Assembly: GCA_037138355.1 (NCBI GenBank)
Contig: JBAXIL010000002.1
Coordinates: forward strand, 3,728-67,727
Length of the DNA stretch: 64,000 bases
Source: a bacterium
GTDB lineage: Bacteria; Oederibacteriota; PGYV01; Palsa-1178
Direction of reading: 5' to 3'
How positions within the stretch are numbered: the first letter of the stretch is position 1; the number at the start of each line of letters is the position of its first letter. Positions 10,825 through 19,664 of the stretch are shown one piece after another. Made by a program: the position numbers and the translations under genes. Under the pieces are notes generated by a model. The model did no database searches, had not been told where the DNA came from, and saw only the letters and a list, made by a program, of their open reading frames with translations.

Positions 10825-10853
10825 ACTATAACAAATATAATTACTCATGTCAA
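10825..10853 (-). promoter_or_regulatory. sigma70-type promoter TTGACA-N17-TATAGT for the ilv-leu leader transcript
   Basis: On the minus strand the -35 TTGACA is at 10848-10853 and the -10 TATAGT at 10825-10830, with an exact 17-nt spacer. The leader RBS and ATG begin about 25 nt downstream. Confidence 0.55.
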
Positions 10854-10915
10854 ATAAAATCTTAAATTAATATAAAAAATTTTATATTATGAATAATTAA
10901 ATTAAATTGCGTACT

Positions 10916-12067
10916 TTATTTTGGATACTCTTGTCCTTGCCCTAAAACTGCATGTACCTTCGGCATCCATGAACTTATTTCAATCTGCTGAGGACACTTC
11001 ACTTCACACTCTTTACACTGAGTACACACAAAAGCCCTGTTCTCTGGTTTTACCCAAACCTCATACACATAACGAGATGAACCAGCATCATCAAATATTC
11101 TACCATCGTTATACAATTCAAAGTTTCTCGGTATTGCCACTCCCTGTGGACAAGGCATACAATAATCACAAGCCGTACATGGTATAACTGAACGACTTGC
11201 AAATTCTGCTTTAACCTTTTCTAAAAGATTTAAGTCTTCTGTAGTTAAATGGTTTGCTGTTGACTTGTGAGCCGACTGTAAATTTTCTACCACCTGCTCA
11301 TAATTACTCATGCCACTTAGTATGGTTGATACTTCTGGATGGTCCCATATCCATTGCAAAGCATATTCTGCTGGTGTTCTTTGTATTGTTGTTTTAGAAA
11401 GTATTTTTTTAACATTTTCAGGAGGTCTTGCCAACTTTCCTCCCAATAAAGGTTCCATAATAATTATTGGAATTTTTTTTGCAGCGGCATATTTTAATCC
11501 TGCTGTTCCTGCCTGATTATTAATATCCATATAATTATATTGTATTTGGCAAAACTCCCATTTATCATAACTATCAACAACCCTCAAGAAAGCATCCGCT
11601 TTATCATGAAACGAAAAACCTATATGCCCTATCTTTCCTGCTTTTTTTGCTTCTTCCATTTTTTTAAAAAGGTCAAATTTGCGCATATTAGCCAGACCAC
11701 CATCACCTATACCGTGAAATAAATAATAATCTATATGTTCTACATCTAATTTTTCTAACTGCTCATTTAAAAACTTATCAAAATCTCCTTCTTCTTTTAT
11801 AAGACCTACTGGCAACTTAGTTGCGAGTCTAATCTTTTTTCTGTAACCATCTTTGAGTGCTTTCCCTACAACTACTTCGCTTACTCCATTATGATAAAAA
11901 TATGCTGTATCTATGTAATTTATCCCTTCATCCACTCCATAGCGCATAATTCTAATACTTTCTTTTTCATCCACAGTTTTTCCATCTGGTAAATTAGGCA
12001 AACGCATTGCTCCAAATCCAAGAACAGATATTTTCCAGCCATCGCTTCCAAAAGGTCTATATTGCAT
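10916..12067 (-). CDS. aldo/keto reductase family oxidoreductase with C-terminal 4Fe-4S ferredoxin-type domain
   Basis: 383 aa. An AKR TIM-barrel N-terminal part is followed by two Cys clusters (CTACDYCMPCPQG and CTQCKECEVKCPQ). It is 71 bp downstream of dctM on the same strand. Confidence 0.85.
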   Translation of the reverse strand: MQYRPFGSDGWKISVLGFGAMRLPNLPDGKTVDEKESIRIMRYGVDEGINYIDTAYFYHNGVSEVVVGKALKDGYRKKIRLATKLPVGLIKEEGDFDKFLNEQLEKLDVEHIDYYLFHGIGDGGLANMRKFDLFKKMEEAKKAGKIGHIGFSFHDKADAFLRVVDSYDKWEFCQIQYNYMDINNQAGTAGLKYAAAKKIPIIIMEPLLGGKLARPPENVKKILSKTTIQRTPAEYALQWIWDHPEVSTILSGMSNYEQVVENLQSAHKSTANHLTTEDLNLLEKVKAEFASRSVIPCTACDYCMPCPQGVAIPRNFELYNDGRIFDDAGSSRYVYEVWVKPENRAFVCTQCKECEVKCPQQIEISSWMPKVHAVLGQGQEYPK

Positions 12068-12138
12068 TTAAAACTCCTTATTTGATTTCCACAGAATACA
12101 TCAGGTGGTATTTAATAATCATATTATTAAAAAACTAT

Positions 12139-13416
12139 TTATTCAACTTTAAGCAATTTAATCAAAAACAAACTGATATCAGGTACATAAGTTATAAGCA
12201 TTAGAACCATAAACATAATAATAAGAAAAGGCACAGCAGATTTTGCCAAAGACATTACTGGTTTTCTGAACCTGAAGCTCGCTATAAATAGATTTATGCC
12301 TGCAGGTGGGGCATTATACCCTATCTCTAAATTGGTTAAAAATATCATTGCCATGTGAACAGGATCTATACCAAACTCCTTTGCAATTGGAACCATAAGC
12401 GGAAGTACGACTATAAGTGCCGAGAACACATCAAGAACAGCCCCAACTATTATAAGGAAAATATTTAACAATAAGAGAAATAGCCATTTCTCTCTTATGT
12501 ACATTTTCATCCAATCCAAAATCCTCATAGGTATTTGTTCATCCACTAAATAATTAGTAAGTCCCATAGCAGAACCTAAAATCACAAATATACCGCCAAC
12601 AACTATCATAGACGACCTTATAATACGAGGCACATCATGTTTCATATTTAAATCCTTATAAATAAAAACTTCTACAATAAAAGCATACACAGCTGTAAGT
12701 ATGGCCGCTTCTGACGGAGTGAAAGTCCCACTATAAATCCCCCAGATAACAACTAAAGGAAGAGGAATTTCCCAGGCAGCACCTTTAATGGCCTTCAATA
12801 ATTTTTTAAAAGAAAATGGTTCAACTTCGGCAACTACCATACCTTCTTTCAAACAATAAACAGCAAAAATAATAATTAATATTAATCCAGGAATAATACC
12901 AGCAATAAACAATTTGGAAATTGAAACTTTTGCTAAAACTCCATAAAGAATAAGTAACAAGCTTGGAGGAAAAAGAAGACCGATACTTCCCGAAGTAGTT
13001 AACAACCCAAGCGAAAACTTTTCAGAATATTTATCTTTAATCAACATAGGAAGAAGAAGGCCACCAAGTGCAATAATAGTCACTCCAGAAACACCAGTGA
13101 AGGAAGTAAAGAACGCACATACCAATAAAGTAACTATAGCAGTGCCGCCTTTAAACCAACCAACAGCAGCGCGAGATAAAGCAATTAGTCTTTTTGGCGT
13201 TCCTGATTCTGCTAACATATAGCCAGCAAAAGTAAAAAGTGGAATTGATATCAAAACAGAATTAGTCGCAATCCTGCTTATTTCAATAATAACAGCTGCT
13301 ATATCAATTCCTGCTATAGCAAAAAGAACTATTGCTAAGCCACCAAATACAATAAATAAAGGAGTACCAATTAGGGCAAGACCTATGAGCGCCAGTCCTA
13401 TTATAAGAGATATCAT
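12139..13416 (-). CDS. dctM: TRAP transporter large permease subunit
   Basis: 425 aa polytopic membrane protein with a DctM-family profile. It overlaps the dctQ stop by 4 nt. Confidence 0.9.
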   Translation of the reverse strand: MISLIIGLALIGLALIGTPLFIVFGGLAIVLFAIAGIDIAAVIIEISRIATNSVLISIPLFTFAGYMLAESGTPKRLIALSRAAVGWFKGGTAIVTLLVCAFFTSFTGVSGVTIIALGGLLLPMLIKDKYSEKFSLGLLTTSGSIGLLFPPSLLLILYGVLAKVSISKLFIAGIIPGLILIIIFAVYCLKEGMVVAEVEPFSFKKLLKAIKGAAWEIPLPLVVIWGIYSGTFTPSEAAILTAVYAFIVEVFIYKDLNMKHDVPRIIRSSMIVVGGIFVILGSAMGLTNYLVDEQIPMRILDWMKMYIREKWLFLLLLNIFLIIVGAVLDVFSALIVVLPLMVPIAKEFGIDPVHMAMIFLTNLEIGYNAPPAGINLFIASFRFRKPVMSLAKSAVPFLIIMFMVLMLITYVPDISLFLIKLLKVE

Positions 13417-13904
13417 TTTTTTATTCCTTTAATCATGCCCTTTGCAGATACAATAATAGACTGCAAGTAAACGAGAGCCATAAAAAAGAAAGTAAATGGA
13501 ATCACTGTTTCAAGAACCCATATAGGAACAAAAAAGATACTCTGACTACCAGAAATTTCAGAAATTATAAAATCTACTGAAGCTTTGAAAAGAAATGATA
13601 GAATAACAAAGGATACCGTGCTAATTAAAAAAACGATGAGGTTTTTGTTAAGTTTTTTAAGGGCTTTTGAAACGACATCAAGGCTTATATGCCTTCCTTT
13701 ATAAGAAGCCAAACAAGCACCTAAAAAAGCCACCCACAAAACGAGATAACGCATCATGCCTTCTGCATTACTAATTCCACTATGAAAAATAAGTCTTAAC
13801 ACAATCTGCGCTGCTGACAATATAAGCAATATCATAAAAAGCAGCACAACTGCAATTTTTATTAATCTATATAGATTATAATTAATTAATTTTAATATTT
13901 TCAA
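13413..13904 (-). CDS. dctQ: TRAP transporter small permease subunit
   Basis: 163 aa with 4 TM helices, positioned between dctP and dctM. Confidence 0.8.
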   Translation of the reverse strand: MKILKLINYNLYRLIKIAVVLLFMILLILSAAQIVLRLIFHSGISNAEGMMRYLVLWVAFLGACLASYKGRHISLDVVSKALKKLNKNLIVFLISTVSFVILSFLFKASVDFIISEISGSQSIFFVPIWVLETVIPFTFFFMALVYLQSIIVSAKGMIKGIKK

Positions 13905-14933
13905 CTATTGCTTTACCTTCCTGCCATCAGCCAAATACTTAAGCATTTCATCTAACATAGCCTTAGTATAATATTTACCTACAAGATCATTTCCTGTTTT
14001 TTCACTAACGAACTCAAAATATTTCTCATCTTCAGGCTTCTGTATTTTAGTGAAAACAATACCCTGTTTTTTCAACACATTCAATGCATCTTCGTTTTCT
14101 TTTCTTGACATTTTAGTTAATTTATCAAAATACTTTTTGCTCGATTCCTTTACAATTATTTGATACTTCAAAGGAATCTTGTCCCACATATTTTTACTCA
14201 CAAGAACACCACCAGGAACATTGGCAATCTTTAAATCAAGCATATATTTTACTTTTGTATTCCACTGCATAGCAATTGCTGATAAAGAAGAACAATACAC
14301 ACCTTCAATAAGTCCTGTTTGTAATGACTGCAAAACATCCGTAATAGAGAGTGGTATAGGAACAATCTTTAGATTTTTAAAGAGCGTACCAACAAGTACA
14401 TCATCTCCCCATATCCACATTTTGGTTTTCTGCAAATCGGAAAGTGTCTCCACTTTATTCTTAGTAAATACATATATATATCCAACTTCTGGCCAGCCAA
14501 GAACAACAAAACCTTTGTCAGCAAACTTTTTTTCAAATGTAGGAATCATTTTTATCATTACAGAATCAACATCTTTATAAGACTGAAAGAGAAGTGGTAG
14601 ATTTAAAAGCCGAACTTCTGGCACTACTTCACCCAAACCTTGAGAAGTAAAACCACCTGCTTGTAATTGTTTAATATTGATTTTTCTAATAACATCTTTT
14701 TCATCTCCCATAACACCGCCTGGATAAAACTTAAACTTTACTTCACCATTAGTTTTTTGCTGTATCTCATCATTTAATTCATTCATAATGTTCATCCATG
14801 TAGACCCATCTGGTGCAATTGATGCCAATTTTATTTCGTACTTTGCAGGCGCAGCCCATATAAATACAGCTGTCAGCATTGCAACCAATAACATAATAAT
14901 TTTTTTCATAAAACCTCCTAAGATTAACTTCAT
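13905..14933 (-). CDS. dctP: TRAP transporter substrate-binding protein (TatP/DctP type)
   Basis: 342 aa with a signal peptide and the DctP-family periplasmic SBP fold. The true start is possibly MKKIIMLL at 14909. Confidence 0.88.
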   Translation of the reverse strand: MKLILGGFMKKIIMLLVAMLTAVFIWAAPAKYEIKLASIAPDGSTWMNIMNELNDEIQQKTNGEVKFKFYPGGVMGDEKDVIRKINIKQLQAGGFTSQGLGEVVPEVRLLNLPLLFQSYKDVDSVMIKMIPTFEKKFADKGFVVLGWPEVGYIYVFTKNKVETLSDLQKTKMWIWGDDVLVGTLFKNLKIVPIPLSITDVLQSLQTGLIEGVYCSSLSAIAMQWNTKVKYMLDLKIANVPGGVLVSKNMWDKIPLKYQIIVKESSKKYFDKLTKMSRKENEDALNVLKKQGIVFTKIQKPEDEKYFEFVSEKTGNDLVGKYYTKAMLDEMLKYLADGRKVKQ

Positions 14934-14953
14934 CGAAACTTCCCTATTCTTGA

Positions 14954-15859
14954 TTAGAATATATCATTTTCCTTGAGCAATAATAACTCAGCCTTCTTTT
15001 TGGCTACCTGTGTGAACATATGCTCTGGTATAAGATCATTATCAGCATTTTGTATTCCTGTAATCAGTTGCTCAAAAAGTTCCTTATTCTGTGACTGGGA
15101 GGCATAAAACTTAGCCATAAAATAATCTGCTATTATCAACTTATCTCCTGAAATTGCCTTTATTTTATGATATTCAGCCTTGGCCTTCTCTAAATCTCCA
15201 CCAAACATAGCTGGCATTGAATATGTCACGATAAGAAAGAGATGCGGAATTCCATAGAAATATGTAGTGTCCAATTCTATTACTCTATTTATAATAGCAA
15301 CAACTTTCGGCAGATCAGCTATATCAGATGCCGAGTTTCTATTTAAATTCACATAACTACCCCACGCAAAAGCTGTCCAAAACAAAGCATCAATATCATT
15401 TTTTCCAAAGGTTGGCATTACTTTGACAAAATCATCCAGCGAACCTTCTGCCACTGCTTTAAAATCATTATTTTTCAGCATCACTTTCATACCATAATCT
15501 TTTGCTTTTTTGTAAAAGTTGGACGCTCTTCTTGAATTAATTTTTTCTTCTTTTCTATCTTGCCCTTCATCTTCAAGAAATGCCATAGCATACATGCCAT
15601 AAAGTTTGCAGCCCTTAATAAGTAGTCCATCATTTTCATTATTTGAACCTTTTATCAGTCCATCCAATAACTTTAAATTTGCAGGACCAGCCTGTTTAGC
15701 AAAATCCATATCTGTCTCAGCTAAAAACTCATCCACCACATCATCCATAAAAAGCGCAGTAGAATTAATTACCGTTGTTTTAAGTGAACATCCACCCAAC
15801 ACTATAGCTATGAGAATCGCCGCTATAAAAACAATTGAAACTCTTAAAATTTTATTCAT
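14954..15859 (-). CDS. tatT: TatT-like TPR lipoprotein (T-component of TPR-protein-associated TRAP transporters)
   Basis: Start trimmed to MNKILRVSIVFIAAILIAIVLGGCS, which carries a lipobox. The protein is helical and TPR-like, with segments such as ALFWTAFAWGSYVNL and TYFYGIPHLFLIV, and resembles the TatT family. It lies immediately upstream of dctP-dctQ-dctM. Confidence 0.6.
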   Translation of the reverse strand: MNKILRVSIVFIAAILIAIVLGGCSLKTTVINSTALFMDDVVDEFLAETDMDFAKQAGPANLKLLDGLIKGSNNENDGLLIKGCKLYGMYAMAFLEDEGQDRKEEKINSRRASNFYKKAKDYGMKVMLKNNDFKAVAEGSLDDFVKVMPTFGKNDIDALFWTAFAWGSYVNLNRNSASDIADLPKVVAIINRVIELDTTYFYGIPHLFLIVTYSMPAMFGGDLEKAKAEYHKIKAISGDKLIIADYFMAKFYASQSQNKELFEQLITGIQNADNDLIPEHMFTQVAKKKAELLLLKENDIF

Positions 15860-16622
15860 ATTTGTCAACTCCTTCAGGCAGTTTTTCCTTCCATATGCCT
15901 GTTGTCTCATCAAATATTTTATAACCTGCAAGATCAGCCCTGTGTCCAGATGTCTCTGCAATAGTATATCCTAAGCCTTTAGCATACCAATATTTTTCTG
16001 AATGAACTCCCTTGCCATCGCCTTCATCTACATTTGCTACTATGTTATATGCCTCAAAATCACCTGCTTCAGTCTTAATTGTTTCTTTGCTTACTACTTC
16101 AAAATCTGTTTTCAAATCCCTCCCCACTTTAATAAAGCCCAAGAGAGTTGCCTCTCCCCTGCCCACATAAGTCCACTTATTACCTACAACAAGCGGGAAC
16201 TTCATAAATGTCATTTCAGGAGTTAAAGTAACTTCTATAGACATATCAAAAAACGGAAAAGGATATTTGATTATTTTCATGGCAATGCCATTTTCTTTAT
16301 CTATGTTAATTAAATATCTAATATCCACTTGCGGCGCATAAAAATAATGATAATCCTTTCCATCTCTTTGTTCTATTGCTTTTGTTTCAGCTTTAACATA
16401 AAGAAGCTTCTCTGGATTTTTTTTTCTACGACCTTTTAAGTAAAGTATATTTCCCACATGACCGGGATAATACATATAAGAATCATCCACTACTACGGTA
16501 GCTTCTATTTTTGGATTAGTAACATTTTTTGCTTTTGCTGACGAAGCAGTCGCAGTATAAGCAGCAAAAGGAACAATCAACATAAGCGAAATTAAAAATA
16601 TTTTATTCATATCTTCCTCCAT
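15852..16622 (-). CDS. secreted DUF3108-like protein (hypothetical)
   Basis: 256 aa with signal peptide MNKIFLISLMLIVPFAAYTATASSA. The C-terminal motif KTEAGDFEAYNIVANV...KYWYAKGLG resembles TTDAGEFDCIVVQPFL...IWIWLTN in the LysM-DUF3108 protein at 25323-26375. Confidence 0.6.
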   Translation of the reverse strand: MEEDMNKIFLISLMLIVPFAAYTATASSAKAKNVTNPKIEATVVVDDSYMYYPGHVGNILYLKGRRKKNPEKLLYVKAETKAIEQRDGKDYHYFYAPQVDIRYLINIDKENGIAMKIIKYPFPFFDMSIEVTLTPEMTFMKFPLVVGNKWTYVGRGEATLLGFIKVGRDLKTDFEVVSKETIKTEAGDFEAYNIVANVDEGDGKGVHSEKYWYAKGLGYTIAETSGHRADLAGYKIFDETTGIWKEKLPEGVDKYE

Positions 16623-16727
16623 AAAGTAGTATCAATTTTTAACAGAATATCACATAGCCCATACAGTGTCAATTGCACTTCTATAGGTTACGAGCCATTT
16701 ATTTACTTGTTGTTTACAACCTTTTTC

Positions 16728-17522
16728 TTAAAAACAGATTCCCACAGTTGCCCCAATCATTACAGAAAGAGTTGATGTGGGATTGTTTTTATTATCTTCA
16801 CTTTTTGATGGTGTAGTAATATTGTCTTTTTTTAGTCTTGTCCTACCTGCATATAAATCAAATTCTATTGATGCCATAAGAATAGAATCAGTAATCCAAG
16901 TAACTCCACCAGTTAAATATCCTCCAGTAAATTCTTTTGTAAATTTAACATTATCGTCTATACCAGTATCAGCGTTACTGACCTTGTCACTATAGTACAA
17001 ATCCATCATTGTAAAACCAACTCCATAGAACGGTGCCCAATCATCATCTGCTGCTGAATAATTTCCAGAAATAGCCCAAGATGAATTTTTTTCATGATTT
17101 TTATTAGCCAAAAGCCAAGATATAGTTGAGTATTCTGCAGCGACTCTCCAATTCTCATTAATAAAATAACCTAACTTTGTACCCATTGAACTCGGAGTAG
17201 ACAAAGTCTGTTCTATCGTAAAATGTTTTTTCATTCTGGCTTCAGACTTCTTCTGAATTGCTTTTGATGCCTCTTCAACAGTAGGTTCTGGTTCATCTGG
17301 ACTCTCATACAAATCCATTTCTGAAGCATTTGGCAATGCGCCTTCCATTTCAGGAGTAGCTTTTGGCACTGCAGTTGTAGTTAATGCCGCACCAACTATT
17401 TCAACTGTGCTCGGAACTGCAATCGGAGTAATTGAAAGATTGGTAGCTGTATCAACTGCCATAACTAAGCTTGACAAGAAAAATATTGATAAAAAAGAAA
17501 CTAACAAAAATATATTTCTCAC
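16728..17522 (-). CDS. small outer-membrane beta-barrel protein with Pro/Glu-rich N-terminal linker
   Basis: The start was reassigned to a GTG with GGAGG 6 nt upstream. It has a signal peptide (VRNIFLLVSFLSIFFLSSLVMA), a low-complexity segment (TPEMEGALPNASEMDLYESPDEPEPTVEE), then amphipathic beta-strand-like repeats ending in a C-terminal Phe (TVGICF). Confidence 0.65.
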   Translation of the reverse strand: MRNIFLLVSFLSIFFLSSLVMAVDTATNLSITPIAVPSTVEIVGAALTTTAVPKATPEMEGALPNASEMDLYESPDEPEPTVEEASKAIQKKSEARMKKHFTIEQTLSTPSSMGTKLGYFINENWRVAAEYSTISWLLANKNHEKNSSWAISGNYSAADDDWAPFYGVGFTMMDLYYSDKVSNADTGIDDNVKFTKEFTGGYLTGGVTWITDSILMASIEFDLYAGRTRLKKDNITTPSKSEDNKNNPTSTLSVMIGATVGICF

Positions 17523-17550
17523 ACTAAACCTCCAAAATATTTTTGAATTA

Positions 17551-18909
17551 CTACTTACTACCAACAAGTATCTTTGGAATTCTAAGCGTTGGCTGGGCAT
17601 CACAAACTGGGGAACCCTGTCCGTCCTTACCGCATGTGCCTGAATCAAAACCTAAATCAGTACACACTGCATCAATTGTATTTAAAACTGCCTTTCCAGT
17701 TCCCATAAGTGTCGCGCCACGAACTGGATATGTTATAACTCCATTTTCTATTAAGTAACCATCTTTAACTTCAAAAACAAACTCGCCTGTTACTGTATTA
17801 ACCTGCCCTCCACCCATCTTAACTACAAATATGCCATTTTTTGTGTCTTTTATAAGGTCAGCACTTAAACCCGTGCCTGGAGTAATCATTGTATTTCTCA
17901 TTCTTGGTATGGGTTTAAATTTATACGACTCACGCCTGCCATTTCCAGTTGATTCTGTTTTATCCTTAAGAGCCGTTTCTCTATCATACATAAAGTTCTT
18001 TAAAATGCCTTTTTCTATAAGCACGGTCTTTTGTGAAGGGGTTCCCTCGTCATCAAAAGATAAGGATCCGCGTTTGTTCAGCAGTGTGGCATCATCTAAA
18101 ACAGTAATAATTTCAGAAGCTACCTTTTTTCCTTTCTCACCCTGATACTGAGACAAACCTTTTTGAACCAAATCAGCTTCAAGTGAATGTCCAACGGCCT
18201 CATGAATCATAGTACCCCCAGCACTTGAAGAAATAACAGCTGTCATAGGGCCAGTTATTTTTTTGTTAGCATCAAGCAAGCGTAAAGCTAAGCTGGCAGC
18301 TAAGTCTGCTTTTTCAAAAACATCTTCAAATTCAAAAACTTCAAACCCTCTACGCGCAGCCAATACATGATATCCAGTTTCTATGCGTCCATTTTTTTCT
18401 GCAATAACCATAATAGCACAGTTTGTATAAACCCGATCTTCACGGGTTACTTCTTTCTTATCATTATAAATTACCACCTGCTGTTTTTTTTCTGAATAGT
18501 TTATGGTGACTTGTCTTATTAATCCGCTTTTCGACCTAACTCTGTCATTTATCTCTTTCAATAGATCAATTTTTTTTTGTATAGCAACAGAATCATGTGG
18601 TATTTTTGTCTCATGTATTACGGAAGGTTTTAGCTCATTAAAAATAATATCTTTACCCAAACCAGCTGCCCCGCATATATGTTCAGCAGTTTTATTTAGT
18701 GCGGCTAAATCATTAGTGTATCCATACACTGTTTTATAATCTTTTACACCTCTTAACCCTATTCCAAAATCTAAACCTGGCATTATTTTATCCACGCGAT
18801 TGTCTTCAAAGGTTATTATAGTGGAGACAACTGTTTCCTCGAAGATGTCCCATATTTGAAAACCCGCATTGATAAAACTGCGGGCTATGTTACCGTACAT
18901 GACCGTCAT
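17551..18909 (-). CDS. tldD: TldD/PmbA family metalloprotease (peptidase U62)
   Basis: 452 aa with the TldD/PmbA fold signature, including the conserved HExxxH-like HEAVGHSLEAD and the GxC C-terminal region. Confidence 0.85.
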   Translation of the reverse strand: MTVMYGNIARSFINAGFQIWDIFEETVVSTIITFEDNRVDKIMPGLDFGIGLRGVKDYKTVYGYTNDLAALNKTAEHICGAAGLGKDIIFNELKPSVIHETKIPHDSVAIQKKIDLLKEINDRVRSKSGLIRQVTINYSEKKQQVVIYNDKKEVTREDRVYTNCAIMVIAEKNGRIETGYHVLAARRGFEVFEFEDVFEKADLAASLALRLLDANKKITGPMTAVISSSAGGTMIHEAVGHSLEADLVQKGLSQYQGEKGKKVASEIITVLDDATLLNKRGSLSFDDEGTPSQKTVLIEKGILKNFMYDRETALKDKTESTGNGRRESYKFKPIPRMRNTMITPGTGLSADLIKDTKNGIFVVKMGGGQVNTVTGEFVFEVKDGYLIENGVITYPVRGATLMGTGKAVLNTIDAVCTDLGFDSGTCGKDGQGSPVCDAQPTLRIPKILVGSK

Positions 18910-19069
18910 TTTTTTTATTTTCTTCTAATATAACTGCCACCAACCATATTACAAACACAAGAGAAAATAAAATTATGTATAAAAAAATGATATTGAAACC
19001 GAATTTAAACATTCCAAATATTGCCATACATGTAATTACTGAAAATAAGATTACTAAAAACTCATACAT
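18890..19069 (-). CDS. possible small membrane protein (about 59 aa)
   Basis: The internal Met start MYEFLVILFSVITCMAIFGMFKFGFNIIFLYIILFSLVFVIWLVAVIL gives two predicted TM helices. The track ORF's N-terminal 29 aa overlap rnhA and were discarded. Weak call. Confidence 0.25.
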   Translation of the reverse strand: MYEFLVILFSVITCMAIFGMFKFGFNIIFLYIILFSLVFVIWLVAVILEENKKNDGHVR

Positions 19070-19484
19070 TTCTGATATTGCCTCCCCTTTTTGAACCTTC
19101 CTTTGAGAGCTTATCAGCTTCTTTATTCTTTTCACGAGGAATATGAGTGACTTCAAACTTAATATCTTTTTTGTATGTCAAAGCCAACTTTACAAACTCC
19201 TGTAATTTTTCATCTCTTACTTTATATTCTCCAGATAACTGTTTTACCATAAGCTCACTATCTGAAAAAACATGAAGCTCTTTAATTTTATGTTTTCTTG
19301 CCATTTCCAAAAGGTGCGTCAAAGCAGTATACTCGGCAACATTATTAGTAGCCGTACCAATATACTTTGACTCAACCAAAATCTGATCTTTCCCCTTGTA
19401 TATGACAACACCTATACCAGCATGTCCTGGGTTGCCACTGGAGGCGCCATCAATAAAAGCTGTATATTTTTCATGTTCAATCAT
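19062..19484 (-). CDS. rnhA: ribonuclease HI
   Basis: 140 aa with MIEHEKYTAFIDGASSGNPGHAGIGVVIY. RNase H catalytic residues are present (DGA...E...D...HIPREKNKEAD). Confidence 0.88.
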   Translation of the reverse strand: MIEHEKYTAFIDGASSGNPGHAGIGVVIYKGKDQILVESKYIGTATNNVAEYTALTHLLEMARKHKIKELHVFSDSELMVKQLSGEYKVRDEKLQEFVKLALTYKKDIKFEVTHIPREKNKEADKLSKEGSKRGGNIRNV

Positions 19485-19522
19485 AAAAACTCCTTGTTTT
19501 TCGTGAATTATCTAACATAAAA

Positions 19523-19551
19523 ATTATAGCAAATATAATGGGTTAAGGCAA
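19523..19551 (-). promoter_or_regulatory. candidate sigma70 promoter for rnhA (TTGCCT-N17-TATAAT)
   Basis: On the minus strand the -35 is at 19546-19551 and the -10 TATAAT at 19523-19528, about 30 nt upstream of the rnhA RBS. Confidence 0.4.
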
Positions 19552-19664
19552 CAAAGAAAAGGATGATTAAAAGATAGGGGTTTCAATAAAAGCTCTATAA
19601 TATATGGGGTTTTACAGAATAAATATCATTACATTTGAAACCAAGGCAAACTACTTTGTCTTAT

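Noticed and set aside
16728-17648. Long N-terminal extension of the OMP ORF (MIQAHAVRTDRVPQF...)
   Set aside because: An internal GTG with GGAGG 6 nt upstream gives a canonical signal peptide. The upstream 42 codons lack an RBS and would place the signal peptide internally.
18890-19156. Full 88-aa ORF between tldD and rnhA
   Set aside because: Its first 29 codons overlap rnhA coding sequence in another frame. Only the internal-Met 59-aa two-TM version is plausible, and that one only at low confidence.
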